DNA of 62,000 nucleotides from Camelus ferus (Eukaryota). Positions 21,040 to 34,720 of this stretch are shown here, one piece after another. Each line of letters starts with the position of its first letter. Positions within the stretch are counted from its first letter, which is position 1. Location: the NCBI RefSeq assembly GCF_009834535.1, contig NC_045696.1, positions 1,550,001-1,612,000 on the forward strand. Reading direction: 5' to 3'. The position numbers were made by a program, and so were the translations under genes. The notes under the pieces are model-generated. The model was not told the origin of the DNA, ran no database searches, and saw nothing but the letters and a program-made list of their open reading frames with translations.

Positions 21040-23210
21040 TTCTAAAGCATCTTTTATTGTGAAGTATGTCATATATGTAAAGGCTGTAAAAGATGTATGT
21101 TCAGATGGAACAGTAAAATGAACGTCTGTGCCTGTGACCCCGCTTACAAAGCAGAACTCTAGCCGTGGCTGAGACCTCTCGGTGCCCCTTCCCACCCCCG
21201 TCGGGGTCACTGCCACTCAGTGCCGTGTGCGTTGTTCTTTCCCTTTTCCTCATAGTTCTACCCCTCAGTATATACTAAACAACGTGTTATTTACTTTCGC
21301 CCGTTTTTATATTGAGTGGAGATGGAATTGCACAGTGTGTACTCTGCAAGTTGAATCTTTGCTAAGTGCGGTTTCTGCGATTCATTTATGCTAAAGCATA
21401 CAGCTGTGTTCTTTTCACTGCTGGGTAGTATCTCACTTTGTGAATAAGCCCGTATTTACCCTTTACATTGCTGCCGGGCACGTGGGCTATTTCCAATGTT
21501 AGAGGATCATGCACGTAGGTTGCCGTGGACATTGTGGTGTGCCTGTGCACGGTGTAGACCTGGATGTAACGCGGTCCTGGAGCGTGCGCACGTCAGCTTT
21601 GTGGGTGGTTCCCGTGTGCATGTTCTGCACTGGTCACTTTCCATGTTCACTGACGCCTTGGTCCCATGCAGGTCTGTTTCCACCCACCCGATGGGTGTGA
21701 CATGGCTCCTTGTGGTTTTAATTTGTAGATCATGATTAGTGAATGAAGCTGAGCGTTGTGTCATGTTAATAGATGACTTGTGTTTTTCCCTTTGTGAAAT
21801 GTCTGTTCGTGTCTTTTAACAGATTTTCATAGTGTGGTTTCTCTCTCTTTCTGATTTGTAGGAGTTCTTTATAAGTTCCCTGTCCCTTTTTATGTTCCTA
21901 ATTTTTTGTTGGTTATATATGTTACGAGTATTTTATCCCTGTTTGTGCTTTCTCTTCTCAACCTTTGTGGTATCTTGTTCCAGCCACCTTTTTTTAAAAA
22001 AGGCAGTTGTATTGGGGTACAGTTGACATACAGGAAGCTGATATAAAGAGTACATTTGATGAGTTCTGTGAAGCCGTCACCACAGTCAGGACGATGTGTG
22101 GAATCCCCACCCTCCTAGGTCTCCTGCCTCTTTGTAATCCAGCTCTGCCTTCTCTCTCCTGCACCCCCAGGTCCCAGGTAGTGACTGATCTGCCTTCTGT
22201 CACTCACCGTGGTTGTTTTGAGTTTCCTTTCGTCAGACTTCTCTCACTCAGCATGGGTGAATCTCGCGTCAGCCAGGTTGTTGACTGCGTCCGCGGTCCA
22301 CCCCTCTCACTGCAGAGGAGAGTCCGCTGTGTGGCCAGACCCCGGCTTGTTACTGCACTCACCTGCTGGTGGACCTTTGGCTATTGCAGATAAACCTGCC
22401 GTGAGCATTTGGGCACCTTTCCTGCTGTGGACATCTGTTTTCATTTCTTTTGGGTAAACAGCTGGGTCTCATGTGAACTGTATGTTTGATTTTTAAAGCA
22501 ACAGCCAAGCTTTTCCCAACCAGCTGTGTGTTAGGAGTTCCAGCAGCCCCACTGCCTTGCTTGACACCTGCTATGGTCAGTTTAAAACTTTTTAGCCATT
22601 CTGTTGGGTGTGTAGTGGTATCTCATTGTGGCTTTACCTCACATTTTCCTGATGACCAGAGATGTCATGTATCAGCCCACGGTTTGTACGCCATCCAAAC
22701 ACCTTTTTTGTTGATGTTCCTTGAGTCTTTTGCTTACTTTTTACTGGGTTTATTGTTTCCTCATTAAGTTGTAGGAGTTCTTTATATAATGCCGGTACAA
22801 GTTATATGTTGGATATTTTGTAAATATTTTCTCTTAGACTCTGGCTTGCCTTTTTAGAAAACAGCCGGCGTGCGCTGTGAGCTGCTTCCCTCTGCTGGGC
22901 GAACGTGTGCCCCTTGCACCGCAGCTCCTGTGGCCTGTCTTGTCATTTTCATAACACTGCCTTTAAAAGAGCAGGTTTTAAGCATTTCGGTGACGTCCAG
23001 TTGATTGACTTTTAAAATATTTCTCGCTTTCTGTGTTATGTTTAAGAAATCATTGCCTAACATAAGATCACTAAGGTTTTCCCCGTGATTTCTTTATACT
23101 GTTAGCTCCTACATTTTGATCTGTGATCCACGTCAAGGGACATTTTGTATATGGTATGGGGAAAAGGTCAAGGTTTACTTACAGCTGGTTTGCAGATAGC
23201 TGTCCAGTTG
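21040..23210 (-). mobile_element. Nested old L1 fragments (L1MC/ME-like)
   Basis: Antisense ORF2 phrases: gtggttttaatttg, tagccattctgttgggtgtgtagtggtatctcattgtgg, tttaagaaatcattgcctaac. Confidence 0.75.
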
Positions 23211-23219
23211 TTCGAGTGC

Positions 23220-23495
23220 TGTGTCAGCCTGCCTGGGGGGCTGTAACTGAGAGCCACAGGCCAGGGCTTGCATCACAGAGGTTCCTTTCTCACAGGCCGA
23301 GGTCCAGATGTGGCAGGGCTGGTCCCTTCGAGGCCCCGCTCCTGGGCATGTGGACAGCTGTCTCTTCCCTGTGTCCCTGCCTGGTCGTCCCTCCGTGCAT
23401 ATCTGTGTCCTGATCTTCTTATAAGGACACCAGTCAGATTGGATTGGGGTCCACCCCGTGACCACATTTACCTTTAATCACCTCCTCAGAGACCT
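23220..23495 (-). mobile_element. MaLR LTR (MLT1B-like)
   Basis: cttcttataaggacaccagtcagattggattggggtccaccccgtgacc...tttaatcacctc. Confidence 0.8.
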
Positions 23496-24377
23496 TCGTT
23501 AGAGGCTCGTCTCCGCTTTACTCTTCTCACCTGCCGCGCCCTGGAGCTGGCGTGGTGCCAGCACCCGGCGTAGTCGTCATCCCTCTTCACAGCCGCAGGT
23601 GTTCTGTCAGTAGACGTGTCATAATTTGACTGGTCTGTTGATAGACATTTGGGGGTGTTCCCAGTTTTTTTGCTATTACAGAATGTCCTGAGACGAATAG
23701 CTTTATGCACGTGTCTTTTCTTATTTTTACCAGTGTACCTGTGGGTTAGATTCCGAGAAATAGGACTGCTGGGTCAAAGCATATATTTTTATTTCATTTT
23801 GTGTGGTGTCTATTTTTTAAGCCACTATTTAAAACAATGTTTTTTTAAAATTCAAATTAACATTATCAAGGAATCAGTGGCAAAGAATGGTCTTTGCAAA
23901 TTCCTGATAGTAAGATTTTGCTTCTGTTTTTGAGGTTGTTTTTATTATTAAATCTGAAGCTTTATGGGTGTGTGTGCGTGCATGTGCATGTGTTGACAAC
24001 AAAACAAGGAAGCAGAATGTAGTCCAGAAGTTTCCCTCTGCCTGGAGAACCCGAGCACTGTGACCCCGTGTTGACCAGTAGATGGTGCTGTTGACTAAGG
24101 ACGCAGGCGGGAGGGCGGCGCCCTGCTCCAGCTGCAGGGTTCAGACTCCAGCTGCAGGGTTCAGACTTTGCTTCTCCCAAAGGGAGGCTGTGGGGGAGGG
24201 CAGTCCCCAGGGGAGCCCCACTGAGGAAGAGGAAGGCCGGCCCTCTGGTCTAAGCTCCTCCTCGAGGCTCCGGGCCCCTCTCCCACTAACGGTGTGCCCC
24301 CCCCCCATCAGCTTGCAGTTCATCTGCCCCCATCTGTGTGAGGCTCTTTCTCACAATAAGGTGGTAAGTCCCGGGGA

Positions 24378-24610
24378 ATGTCATGGACACATGGTGACTC
24401 TGGCTAATAATGCTGTGTTGTATGTTTGAAGTTTGCTAAGAGAATAGATCTTGAAAGTTCTCATCTCAAAAAAGTTCCGTAGCTGTCTGTGGTGGTGGTG
24501 AGGCCGAGTAGACTTCCTGCGGTGGTGACTCCACAGCAGATACGGCGTGGCATCGCTGTGTGGCACCTGGAGTTAGCATGCGGTTACGTGTCAGTTATGC
24601 CTCAGCTAAG
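24378..24610 (+). mobile_element. L1MA9-like 3' end
   Basis: catggtgact...taataatgctgtgttgtatgtttgaagtttgctaagagaatagatcttgaaagttctcatc. Confidence 0.75.
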
Positions 24611-24619
24611 AGAAGGCCC

Positions 24620-24870
24620 AGCTTCGTACCACCTGCATGGCAAGGCCTCTCCTGATGACCCGGCCGGCCTCTCTGTCACTTCGCCCTGGTCCTCGCTGCG
24701 CCCAGCAGCACCTGGAACGCTCCATTTACGTGTCTCCTTGTTTACTGCCTGTCTGCCTCCTCTGGGACTTACGTGCACTGAGGGCAGGACCGTGTCTCTC
24801 AGTCACCACGACCTCCACACTGCCTGGAGTAGGTCTTGGCAGAGAAGAAGCAGAAGTGATATTTGCTAGC
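24620..24870 (+). mobile_element. L2 3' end fragment
   Basis: tgtctgcctcctctggga...tgagggcaggaccgtgtc...tgcctggagtagg...gatatttgct. Confidence 0.55.
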
Positions 24871-25435
24871 CGGTACATGGTTAGTGGTTGGCCACTTCTG
24901 GACATTTTGGCCACCCAAAATGGTCGCCCCATTGCCCTGTGTCTTGTAGAGCCCCTCGGAGCTTCAGATACCACCAAGAAGCACATGGAAGGGGAAGACA
25001 GCACCCTGGAGCTGAGTGACTCTGTGATTAGAATTGTAACTGTGCACTTTTCAGCACATAACATTATATAGCAAGACAGAGACACACGGCAGACTTTTAA
25101 ACCACCAGTTGGAACAGTGTTTCATGACGGTGGGGGGATATTTAAACTGTCCTTTGTCCTGTAAGGTTTAGACTCCCTGAGACCCCTCATCAGTGGTGGC
25201 TTCTCCTTGCTCCTGCTTAGGCTGCTGTCCTTGGTCACAGTCCGTTCTCAGTCTCTCTTGGGAGAGTGCCCAGCGTTACAGCGTAAAGCTCCTTAATCAC
25301 ATCCAGTGACATTTTACCTGCTGTTTCCCCATATTTTTCCGGAGGTTGGTTCATATGAGGATCGTTATAATTTGTTGTAAGTTTATCTGCACAAAAGCAT
25401 GTTGATTGCTACCGAGACTCTGAAGCTAGTCTTCT

Positions 25436-26243
25436 TTTTTTTTTTTTAACATTTTTTATTGATTTATAATCATTTTACAATGTTGTGTCAAATTCCAGTG
25501 TTCAGCACAATTTTTCAGTCATTCATGGACACATACACACTCATTGTCACATTTTTTTCTCTGTGAGTTACCATAACATTTTGTGTATATTTCCCTGTGC
25601 TATACAGTGTAGTCTATTCTACAATTTTGAAATCCCAGTCTATCCCTTCCCACCCTCCACCCCCCTGGCAACCACAAGTCTGTATTCTCTGTCTGTGAGT
25701 CTATTTCTGTCCTGTATTTACGCTTTGTTTTTGTTTGTTTGTTTGTGTTTGTTTTTGTTTTTTAGATTCCACATATGAGCGATCTCATATGGTACTTTTC
25801 TTTCTCTTTCTGGCTTACTTCACTTAGAATGACAGTCTCCAGGAGCATGCATGATGCTGCTAATGGCATTATGTTGTCGGTTTTTATGGCTGAGTAGTAT
25901 TCCCTTGTATAAATATACCACCTCTTCTTTATCCAGTCACCTGTTGATGGACATTTAGGCTGTTTCCATGTTTTGGCTATTGTAAATAGTCCTGCTATGA
26001 ACACTGGGGTGCAGGTGTCATCCTGAAGTAGGGTTCCTTCTGGATACAAGCCCAGGAGTGGGATTCCTGGGTCATATGGTAAGTCTATTCCTAGTCTTTT
26101 GAGGAATCTCCACACTGTTTTCCACAGTGGCTGCACCAAACTGCATTCCCAGCAGCAGTGTAGGAGGGTTCCCCTTTCTCCACAGCCTCTCCAGCATTTG
26201 TCATTTGTGGATGTTTGAATGACGGCCATTCTGACTGGTGTGA
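25436..26243 (-). mobile_element. Young 5'-truncated L1 with perfect 15-bp TSD
   Basis: TSD tgaagctagtcttct at 25421-25435 and 26244-26258, poly(T) head. Uninterrupted ORF2 C-terminus (ORF 25762-26229: [18 protein letters not shown]...[14 protein letters not shown]...YHMRSLICGI*). Confidence 0.96.
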
Positions 26244-26289
26244 TGAAGCTAGTCTTCTAAGTCATGACATCAGCATTAAAAAAAAAATT

Positions 26290-28690
26290 CTTAGACATAT
26301 CTCTTGGTGCACGTGTGCACATGTTTCTATGAGTTTGTGCTCCGGCGGGGAGTTTCTGGGTTGTAGTAGACAAGAGCAACCTCATTTCTAAAGTGGTTGT
26401 GCAGTTTACCCTCCTCCCCCTCTGTTTCTGTGGCTCCTCATCTGTGTGGACACTCCTTGCAGTCACCTTCTCAGCTCTGATTACTGGGTTATCCTGGCGG
26501 GGGTGGAGCTCTGACTGTGGTTGTAGTTTGCATTTCCCCATGATTAATGAGGTTGAACACCGTGTCGTATGTTTACTGGCCACTTAGATGTCCTTTGTGT
26601 GTGTGAAGGGCCTGTTGAGGCCTTGTGCTTGGCTTTCTTCTGGGCTGTCTGTTCTTAGTGATCTGGGAGGCCTCCTTCAGGAGCTGAGACGGCCCTTTGC
26701 CGGCTGTATGTGTCACAGGCGTCTTCTCCTGTCCGGGCTTCATTTCGCTTGGGTTGATGTTCACCAGTGGAATTGCTGGGTCTCAGGGTAAGTGTATGTT
26801 TAAACTGTTTCCATTAGAAGTGGTCAAACTGTTTACCAAAGGGGAGTGAGACCGTTTGCATCTCCCGTGGTGCATGAGAGATCCAGTTGTTAACTTAGCA
26901 ACTCTCGATACTATCGGTCTTTTTAATGTTAGCTCTTCTGTGCTGGCTAGTACAGACATTTTACCCATAAGATGCACAGCCACGCCTTTCGGTGGCTGTG
27001 GCTTCCATTTCCGGACAACTCACGGTGCTGAGCACCTTTTCATGTGCTCATTTGCCACCGTGTCTTCTCTGCTGGTGGGTCTGCTCGTTCTTCTGCCGGG
27101 ATTAGAACACCTCACTTCTCCTGTGTTTCTCCTTTACTCCCCCACTCACAGCACTTCTGCCACCAGGCATGTGGGCTTTGTCCCCACACCAAGCAGTTCT
27201 TTGACACCAGCTGGGTGTCCTACAATTTAATGACCTACCTGGAAATCACGGGTTGAGGGCTCAGTCCCACAAGACTCCCCCCGCACCCAGCCTTGAGGTG
27301 CCCACTGCAAGTCCAGGTTGTCACCTGTGCTTTTGACTGATGGGCTGTAAATTGGAGGTCCCCACAGCCCCTCCTCGGGTTCTGTTAATTTGCCAGAGCA
27401 GCTCCCAGCACTCAGAGATCCTTTATTTACTGGGTTACCAGTTTGTTATAAAGGAGCTGACTTAGGAACAGCCAGATGGAAGAGGTGGGGGGGGGGGGCG
27501 GGTGTGGGGAAAGGCGCCGAGCTTCCTTGCTCTGGGGCGCTGCCCTCCCAGCCCCTCCACGTGCTCACCAGCCCCCAAGCTCCCCGATCCTTATGCTGTT
27601 GGGATGTTATGGAGGCTTCCTTTGTAGGCGTGATCCATCGTTAACCCCAGTTTCAGGCCCCTCACTACCTTGGGGGCTGGGGGTGAGGCTGAACCCGAAC
27701 TGTGGCCTGGTCTTACCCGCCCCCCACTTCTGCCCCGAGCCCACCCGGAGCCACCTCATTAGGACAGAGACCCTCCTACTGCGCTTGCCCTTGTGAATTT
27801 ACAAGGGATTTAGGAGCTCTGTGGGACCTGGGGCAGAGACCTGTATGTGTGTTTTCTGTTATGTCGCCTGCCCCTTCTCCCTGTTTTCTCACGCGCTTTG
27901 GTTTTTGTGTGCAGGGAAAAGGCTTTATATTTTGTTCTTAAAGATTAGCGTCGTCTGTGGGCAGGCGGCTCTTCTCCTCCGTTCTGGGTGCTGCTGCCCT
28001 CCTCGTGGGCTGACGGCCCGCTCCGGGCGCGCTCCCTTCTCTCCCCTGGTCTGCCGTGTGCGGTGCCGTCGCCTGGCTGGCTGTAGCTTTGTCGGAAGCC
28101 TTGATGGCCCGTGGGTGCAGTTCTCCCATTTACTCCTTTTGAAGAATGTCAGAGCTGTTCTTGGCCGTTTACATTTTCACAGATGTTTTAGGATTAATTA
28201 CCTTGTAAAATTCCAGGAAAACCTGCTGGGATTTTGGCTGAGGTTGCACTTGATGCATAGATTTCAGTGTGAGGAGGATGGGTAACTTTGTAATACTGAG
28301 TTCTTTAATCTGTGTGATAAAATCTCCACTTATTAAGGTCTTTTAATACTACGTGTTAATAATTTCTGTTCTGTAATGGGTCTTGTACATCTGTGAAGCA
28401 CTTGTTTCTACACATTACCCATTGTAATGGTTGTCTTCCCTAGGTTTCCTCTTCTCACTTGCTGTGTGTAGAAATACAACTCAGTTCTGTTTACTGACCC
28501 CGTATTCAGCAGCTTCGCAGACTTTTTCTCATAATTTACCTCTAGATTCTTCTGGACTCTCCGTGTCGGTACGCACAGCATCTGAGGACAGTGACGGCTC
28601 TGTTTCCTCTGTTCCAGTCCTTACGGCTTGTGTTTGTTTGGCAGGGACTGTTAATGGTATGTCTGTCTGGTTTTGTCGCTCTCCTGTTTG
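26290..28690 (-). mobile_element. Old L1 ORF2 fragments flanking the MER21-like LTR
   Basis: tttgcatttccccatgattaatgaggttgaac; ggattttggctgaggttgcacttgatgcatagat; gtgtgtagaaatacaact. Confidence 0.65.
27105..27870. mobile_element. MER21-like LTR
   Basis: ccccacaccaagcagttct...gacaccagctgggtgtcctacaattt...ggttgagggctcagtcccacaagact...gtaaattggaggtccccac. Confidence 0.8.
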
Positions 28691-29549
28691 TATGCTTCTC
28701 ACTATTCTAGTAGCATCCCAGCGTGGCACTCGGCCCAGACGGGAGGCACTGGCCGTCTGGCCCCGTGGTCCTGCGTGGCTGCCCGTCTCGCCCGCGTCCC
28801 CTTCCATCTCCCGTCATCCACTTTCCAGTCCGTCCACAGGCGTGGCTTCACCCTGGGGCCTCCTGTGGGCACAGTGAGGAGGCCGAGGGTGGGAGTCACA
28901 TTCCTCAGCAGCAGCTCCCAGGTGGCAGAGCTGGGCCTCCAGGCTTTGAGCAACTTCTCACCTTCTTAAATTGCCAAGAGACGCTGCTGCCGACTGGTTT
29001 TCTCCTGTTTCTGCTCCCAGTGTTGGTCTGATACCCTGTGGGGCCTCATGCCTGGGGGCCCACAGGTTTTGTAGCGTGGAGTCGGAGGTCGACCGGCAGC
29101 CTATAGACCACTTGATGAACTTGAGGATACCAGGCTTTTGAAACCTCAGTGCTATTCACAGCTCTAGTTTATCACCTTCAGAAAGGTTTGTTCCAACTTT
29201 CGCAATGACAGAAAGTCCATTTCAGTTAGGAAATAATATATTGTGATTGATTTGTGAGCTTTAATCAAAATATCCAGAGGGAATATTTTGGAAAGACAGT
29301 TGACCCTCTTGTATGTTTCTTCATTTGTAAGTGTTTACAGTTCTAAAACTGCTCTGCTGGTATGAAGGACTGCTTACAGAGTCTTGATCAGAAATGTAAC
29401 TGGAGCAGACATTCACTTGGGACAAGCAGCATTTTCATCTGTTAACACGTGTACCATATAATTTATAGTCTTCGGTATGCTTTACACTTTTTAGTTAAAA
29501 TGCAACATAATCATTCTTTTTCATAATGGTTTTACTTTTAATTTTGTAG

Positions 29550-29585
29550 AATTAACCTTGAACCCTCCGGAAGGAATTGTGGCAG
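29550..29585 (+). CDS. UBE2G2: UBE2G2 coding exon 2 ((Q)LTLNPPEGIVA(G))
   Basis: Acceptor ttttaattttgtag, donor G|gtaagt, 36 nt. Not visible in the ORF track; read by eye. Confidence 0.96.
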
Positions 29586-29680
29586 GTAAGTTTGGTGTGG
29601 AATTAACCTCTTTATAATTTGCTTCTGGTTGCCAAAGTTGCCCTCAAAGTTAAAATGTGGAATTCCTTCTTTCCCTGCAG

Positions 29681-29726
29681 GCCCCATGAACGAAGAGAAC
29701 TTTTTTGAGTGGGAGGCACTGATCAT
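29681..29726 (+). CDS. UBE2G2: UBE2G2 coding exon 3 ((G)PMNEENFFEWEALI(M))
   Basis: Acceptor ttctttccctgcag, donor AT|gtaagt, 46 nt, after a 95-nt intron. Confidence 0.96.
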
Positions 29727-32700
29727 GTAAGTTCATCCCATGTGCTGTTCGGTTTTAAGCCTTGACTGGAAACTAGGCCTGTGAGACACCTCCAGCGCAA
29801 AAGTGTCCACCGGCAAGAGGCCAGGTGTGCCCTTAGGTTGAGGCTTTCTCTCATCTGCTGATCTGAGAGCAGAAAGCAGCACAGACATCCATCCAGAGCA
29901 GTGAGAGTGTTTCCTTGGAGCCGTGAAAAGGGCGAGTGTGAGTATTTGTATTTGTGGTTTCAGGATAATAAAGTCTGGATGTCGTGTGGCTGGCTGTGCT
30001 GGGCTAGCCTCCGAGTGGGCTTTGGCTGCAAGAAGTCCTGTGAGCCTGGGGCTCTGACCGTGGGCAGGGGGCCTTAGCATGCGGGTGCCGCCTGGGCCCT
30101 GCCCACTGTGCGCCTGGCTTCCTCCTCACCTTCCTCTCCCGCTCCTCCCCCTCTGCCCCCCACTTCCTCCTCCCCACACTTCCTCCTCCCACACCCCCAT
30201 GTTCTACTCCTCCTCTGCTGCTGCTCCTTTTCCCCTCTGCCTTGTCTGGCCTTCCCTTGTCCCTGACTCGAGACGTGGCTTAGTTCAAAGGTGAGCAATG
30301 TGGTTCCTGTCCCCATTCTAGAAAGATCTGGACTGGATTTCACGGTATTTCCCTCATGATGATGTTGCTTGAAAAGAGCCCAGTTGACCCCAGATTCCAG
30401 CGTGTTCTTTGGCCCATGACCCAGGCCCTTTGTGTCTCTTCTACTTCAGATGTGCAGTCCTTGGCCATTTTTAGACTCACTGAATTTGTAACAAAATGTG
30501 GGCAGGTGTAATTTAGAAGTTGGGGTTATCCTCAGTTTCGGTATTCTCACTAGTAAAATGAGATCCTTTAATTAGGTAGGAAGGTTTCAGGTTGGATTTC
30601 ACTGATGGTGCCCTGGGGGAGCCTGGAGGGAGTGTGACTTTGCTGGAGCGAGCATGAACTCTGGTTTGAGGCGGTAATGTTGACATCGTCAGACTTTCTT
30701 AGTTTGCCCGCTGCTTACATCACATTTAGTCTGAGAAACAAATTGCTGCTGAATGTTGTCTGTGGGTTAGATTAATACATGGAAGTTGATGTGAAAATGA
30801 AATTTTTTGAAAAGCAAATTATTTAAAAAATCATCAATAAATGCAGTCTGGAGAAAGGGCATCGAGACTAATGCTTCCTGGTGATCTGTAATGCCCTGAT
30901 TGCTTGGGCCTGAGATGCCTGTCTTTCCTTCGGGTTTAAATATTTCTGGCAGGAGGATGACTTCGCAGTCTGTGTGTGGGTCTAACATGGTATTGTGTCT
31001 TCACTCCCCGAAAGCAGTTACGAGTTGGACGGTGAGTCTCCTGGTCAGCAGTGTCCTTCTTTTCATGGAACAGGGCGTTGTGCACTCGGCCCAGCTGCAG
31101 CTTTATTTTTAGAGAAACAGGAGATCATATCATATGAACTTGATTTGTAACCTGTTCTTTTCCTTTATGACGTCATATTCATTCTTTCTGTGTTCGTGCA
31201 GACATGTAGGCACACCACCAGGGCAGCAAGCCTGGCGTGGGTGCACAGATTGTCAGGGGGCCTCTGTGGGTGCAGAGCGCACAGTCACCTGACAGTTCTT
31301 CCATCTTTGGAAGTGGTGCCTGAGCACGTCCACGTAGACTTCTTTAGAAGGCCTTACAGGGACGCTTGAGCCTTACAGGATGGTTTTAAGTCTGTTGTTA
31401 AGAATCTGTTAGGGTAAAATTACTAATTATAGATAAAGAGCATAAAATTAAGCCAATATTTTGAAAACCTGTCTTAAAAAGCAATTAGGACTATTTTTAG
31501 GTAGACCACTTTTATGTTGAATAAGGCTTTCTGCATTAGTGTGGAATTCCCCTGCTTCAAGATCTGGTGAGCTTGTGGTCTTTGGTCCTGTTCCAGACCC
31601 TGTCAAAACAGGAGGCCGTTCACAGATGTGCTCAAACACCCATTAAGGAATTAACTGTCCTCCTGCTGGTTCGCTCCCCCTGCTGTTTGGCAGACAGCTG
31701 GCTGAGTCCCACTCCATAGTGATGGGTGTTCTTTTCTCTCTTTATTCTTTGATCGTTTCCAGGGTTTCTTCCAGACCCTCGTGTCCCTAAAAGCCATGCC
31801 GGCCTCCACCTCTGGGAGCCTGGTGCGGTCGGCCTCTGAAGGCGTGCTTACCTCGGGGCCTCCATCCTCTCAGCTGTGCAGTGAGGAAACATCTTTTCAG
31901 GTGCTCAAGAGACAAATACAGAGTGCCTGTTATGTTAGGGGATGCAGGCGTGTCCTGGGTGACCCCAGATCTCTACCCTGGAAGAAGAAGATTAAGGGAC
32001 TGGGGTGGGGAACACAGCAAACTAACTAACAGTAGTGATGCCCCACAGCCTGTTCTCTGATTAAAAGTTGGAAATAAACCTGAGTGACTCTCAGCCGTGC
32101 TCACAGTGAAGTCTGAGCGTGTGACCCAGCAGAAGAGGGCCGGGCCTTCCAGCGATGGGGGCAGGCCTCCTGAACTCTGCCTCTGACTTTCACTCATTTG
32201 GGTCAGAACAGAGGTTCAACGTGGTCTTAGACCCTTGACTTCACCTCTCCCAGCTCTGGGGTGTCTGGCCCGCGTCACCTGTGGGCCTTGGCCGTGGTGT
32301 TGGAGGTGGACGTGCCTCTGTCAGGCAGGAAGAGCCTGTGGTGGCAGGACGGCAGTTCAGCCTCAGTGGCTCGAAAAGATGTGAAGTCCCTTGGAGTCTC
32401 GCCGCCCGCCTCTGTCCCACCCCGGCCTTCATACAGCGGCTGGCGTGGGGACCTCCCTGCCTGCTCCATGGCCAGGCTGCCTTCCCATCTCCAGATCAGG
32501 GCCCAGAGGCTGTGGTGAAATGAGAAGGCTCCTCCCCTTCCTGAACGGCCGGGACCCTTGGCTGACCGCACCCCCGCGTTACCGCCAGCGCCTGGGTGAA
32601 GCCAGTTCACACCTGCGGGTGCCAGGGCTCCCGGCTCTCGCTTCACCTGGACTGTGTGTGCTTGGCCCGCGCTGGGTGCAGAAGTCACGGTCACCGCCCT

Positions 32701-33259
32701 TTAGATCAGGCCTCTGGTTTACAGAAGACTGTCTCCTCTCAGCATTGTGCCTGCCAAAATAAACCTGAGATACTAAAATAGATGTTTATAATTTGTGCTG
32801 TATGTTCTCTGACCCAATAGTTCCCACCATGGGAATTTCTTCATCAGAAGTGTCACAAAGACCTCTGTGTGAGGAGGTTCATTTCAACATTCACTATAGT
32901 AATAAAAAAAACCCCAGAAGCATCCTTGTCTGATACAGTCATGGACATCCAGTTGGCAGGATGCCGGCCTCACTGCAGCCGTTCCGGCAGAGTCCATGCA
33001 CTGACTTCATGGACGCCCCCCCCCCCCCGTGTTCAGCAAGGCTGCAGCAGACGGTGGGCAGCAGGTCTGGACCAGTGTTGTCACTACGGGTGGCCTCGCC
33101 CCGCGGGACGTCAGGCTGTGCCTGGAGGTGGTGGTGGTGGTCACGCAGGGGGCGCGCTTCTGCAGGCACCGGCCGGGTGGGCACTGAGTGCCCTGTGACA
33201 CCAGGACGCCCGAGGTGGCAGCAGTGTCGGGGCCAGGACACCCTGAGGTGGCCAGATAC

Positions 33260-34720
33260 ATTTAACAGCTTTACTGAGATGTGACTTACACATCGTAAGT
33301 TGTACCTGTATTAAGTGTATGATCAGTAATTCAGCTTTAGAGCATTTATTTCCAAAAGGTCCTCATGCCTGTTTGCGCTCAGTCCCCCTCCCCGCCCTCG
33401 GCTGTCCACCTCTTACCTGCTGACTCGATCAATTTACCTTTTCTGGACCTTTCCTGCAAGTGGAGTCATCGCTGTCTAGTCCCTTTTTCTCGGAGATGCC
33501 GGCGTCAGCAGCTCCTTCCTGTCACAGCCGAGTCGCGTCCACTGCAGACGGGCCCTCGGCTGCTGCCACACTCACATGCGGGTCGGAGACGCCCAGCCCT
33601 TCCTCCCAGCTGGGCCCACAGCAGCGGCGCTGCCCCAGCAGTCAGTTCATGTTAACGTTTAGGAACTGCCGGGCTGTTTTCCAGAAGAGCTCACCGTTGT
33701 AGGCTCCCACCGCGCCGTGGAGTTCCTGCCTGCACCTCCCTGCACCTCCCCGCCCTGCTGGGTGCTGGGTGCTGACGGGTGTCCTAGTGGGCGTGGGGGT
33801 CTCCGTGTGGACTTGTTCCGCGTTTCAGTGCCCGGTGGTGCGGAGCGCCCTTTCCTGGGCTTCTTGGCCATTCTCATGTCTTCTTTGGTGAATTTAAGAA
33901 CTTTTGCCCATTTTTAAACTGGGTTGTCTTCTTATTCAGTCCTCAAGGTCTTTATGTATTTTAGATACAAGTCCTTTGTCAGGCAATATGGGATTTAGAT
34001 GTTTTCCCCCGGGCTGCAGCTCTCCTGTCCGTCTCCTGACAGGGCGCTTTGAAGCTGAGGCATTTTAATTCCTGTGAAGTGCAGAGCGACGGTTGTTTCC
34101 TTGTATGGGTCATGCTTTTGGTGTCATATGACCCAAGGTTACAAAAGTTCTCTCGTACGTTTTCTTTCAGAAGTTTTATATTTATAGCTCTTACATTTAG
34201 GTTTTTGGCCCATTTTGGATGATTTGGGGGTGTGGCTTTGGGTAGGGGGCCAACTTCATCCTTCAGTGGGTGGCTGTCCAGTTGTCCTGCACCGTTTGTT
34301 GAAGAGAAGATCCTTGCTGCATTGGGTTACCTTGGCACCTTTGTCAGAATCCGTTGACCCTGAATGTGAGGGTCTGGCTGCGGGCCTGACTTCTGCTCCG
34401 GTGCTCTGTCCGTCCTCCCACGAGCACCACACGGTCTCCATCGCTCTAGCTCGTAAGTTCTGAAATTGGGAGTGTAGTGTTCTCCCTTTTCAGGATTGCT
34501 CTGCCTGTTCTAGGTCCCTTGCCTTCCTGCTGGAATTTGGGGAGCAGCTGTCAGTTTCTGTGGAGAAGCCAGCTGGGATTTTGAGAGAGGTTGCGCTGAG
34601 TCTTCAGACCAGTCCGAGGAATACTGGCACCTTAACGATCCTGAGTGCTCCAGTCCGTGCACGTGGAATGTCTCTCCATTTATTTAGGTGTTTTAAAATT
34701 CCTCCCAGCAGCGCCATGAG
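33260..34720 (-). mobile_element. L1MB/MC-like LINE, 3' part
   Basis: cagctttactgagatgtgacttacacatcgtaa...cttttgcccatttttaaactgggttgtctt...tttagatacaagtcctttgtcag...gtctctccatttatttagg. Confidence 0.8.

Noticed and set aside
25762..26229. Functional 155-aa gene
   Set aside because: It is the C-terminal fragment of L1 ORF2 in a 5'-truncated insertion with no promoter.
11834..29585. In-frame SUMO3-UBE2G2 fusion protein by read-through splicing
   Set aside because: All SUMO3 donors are phase 0, whereas UBE2G2 acceptors are phase 1, 1, 2, 1, 1, so no canonical junction preserves the frame.
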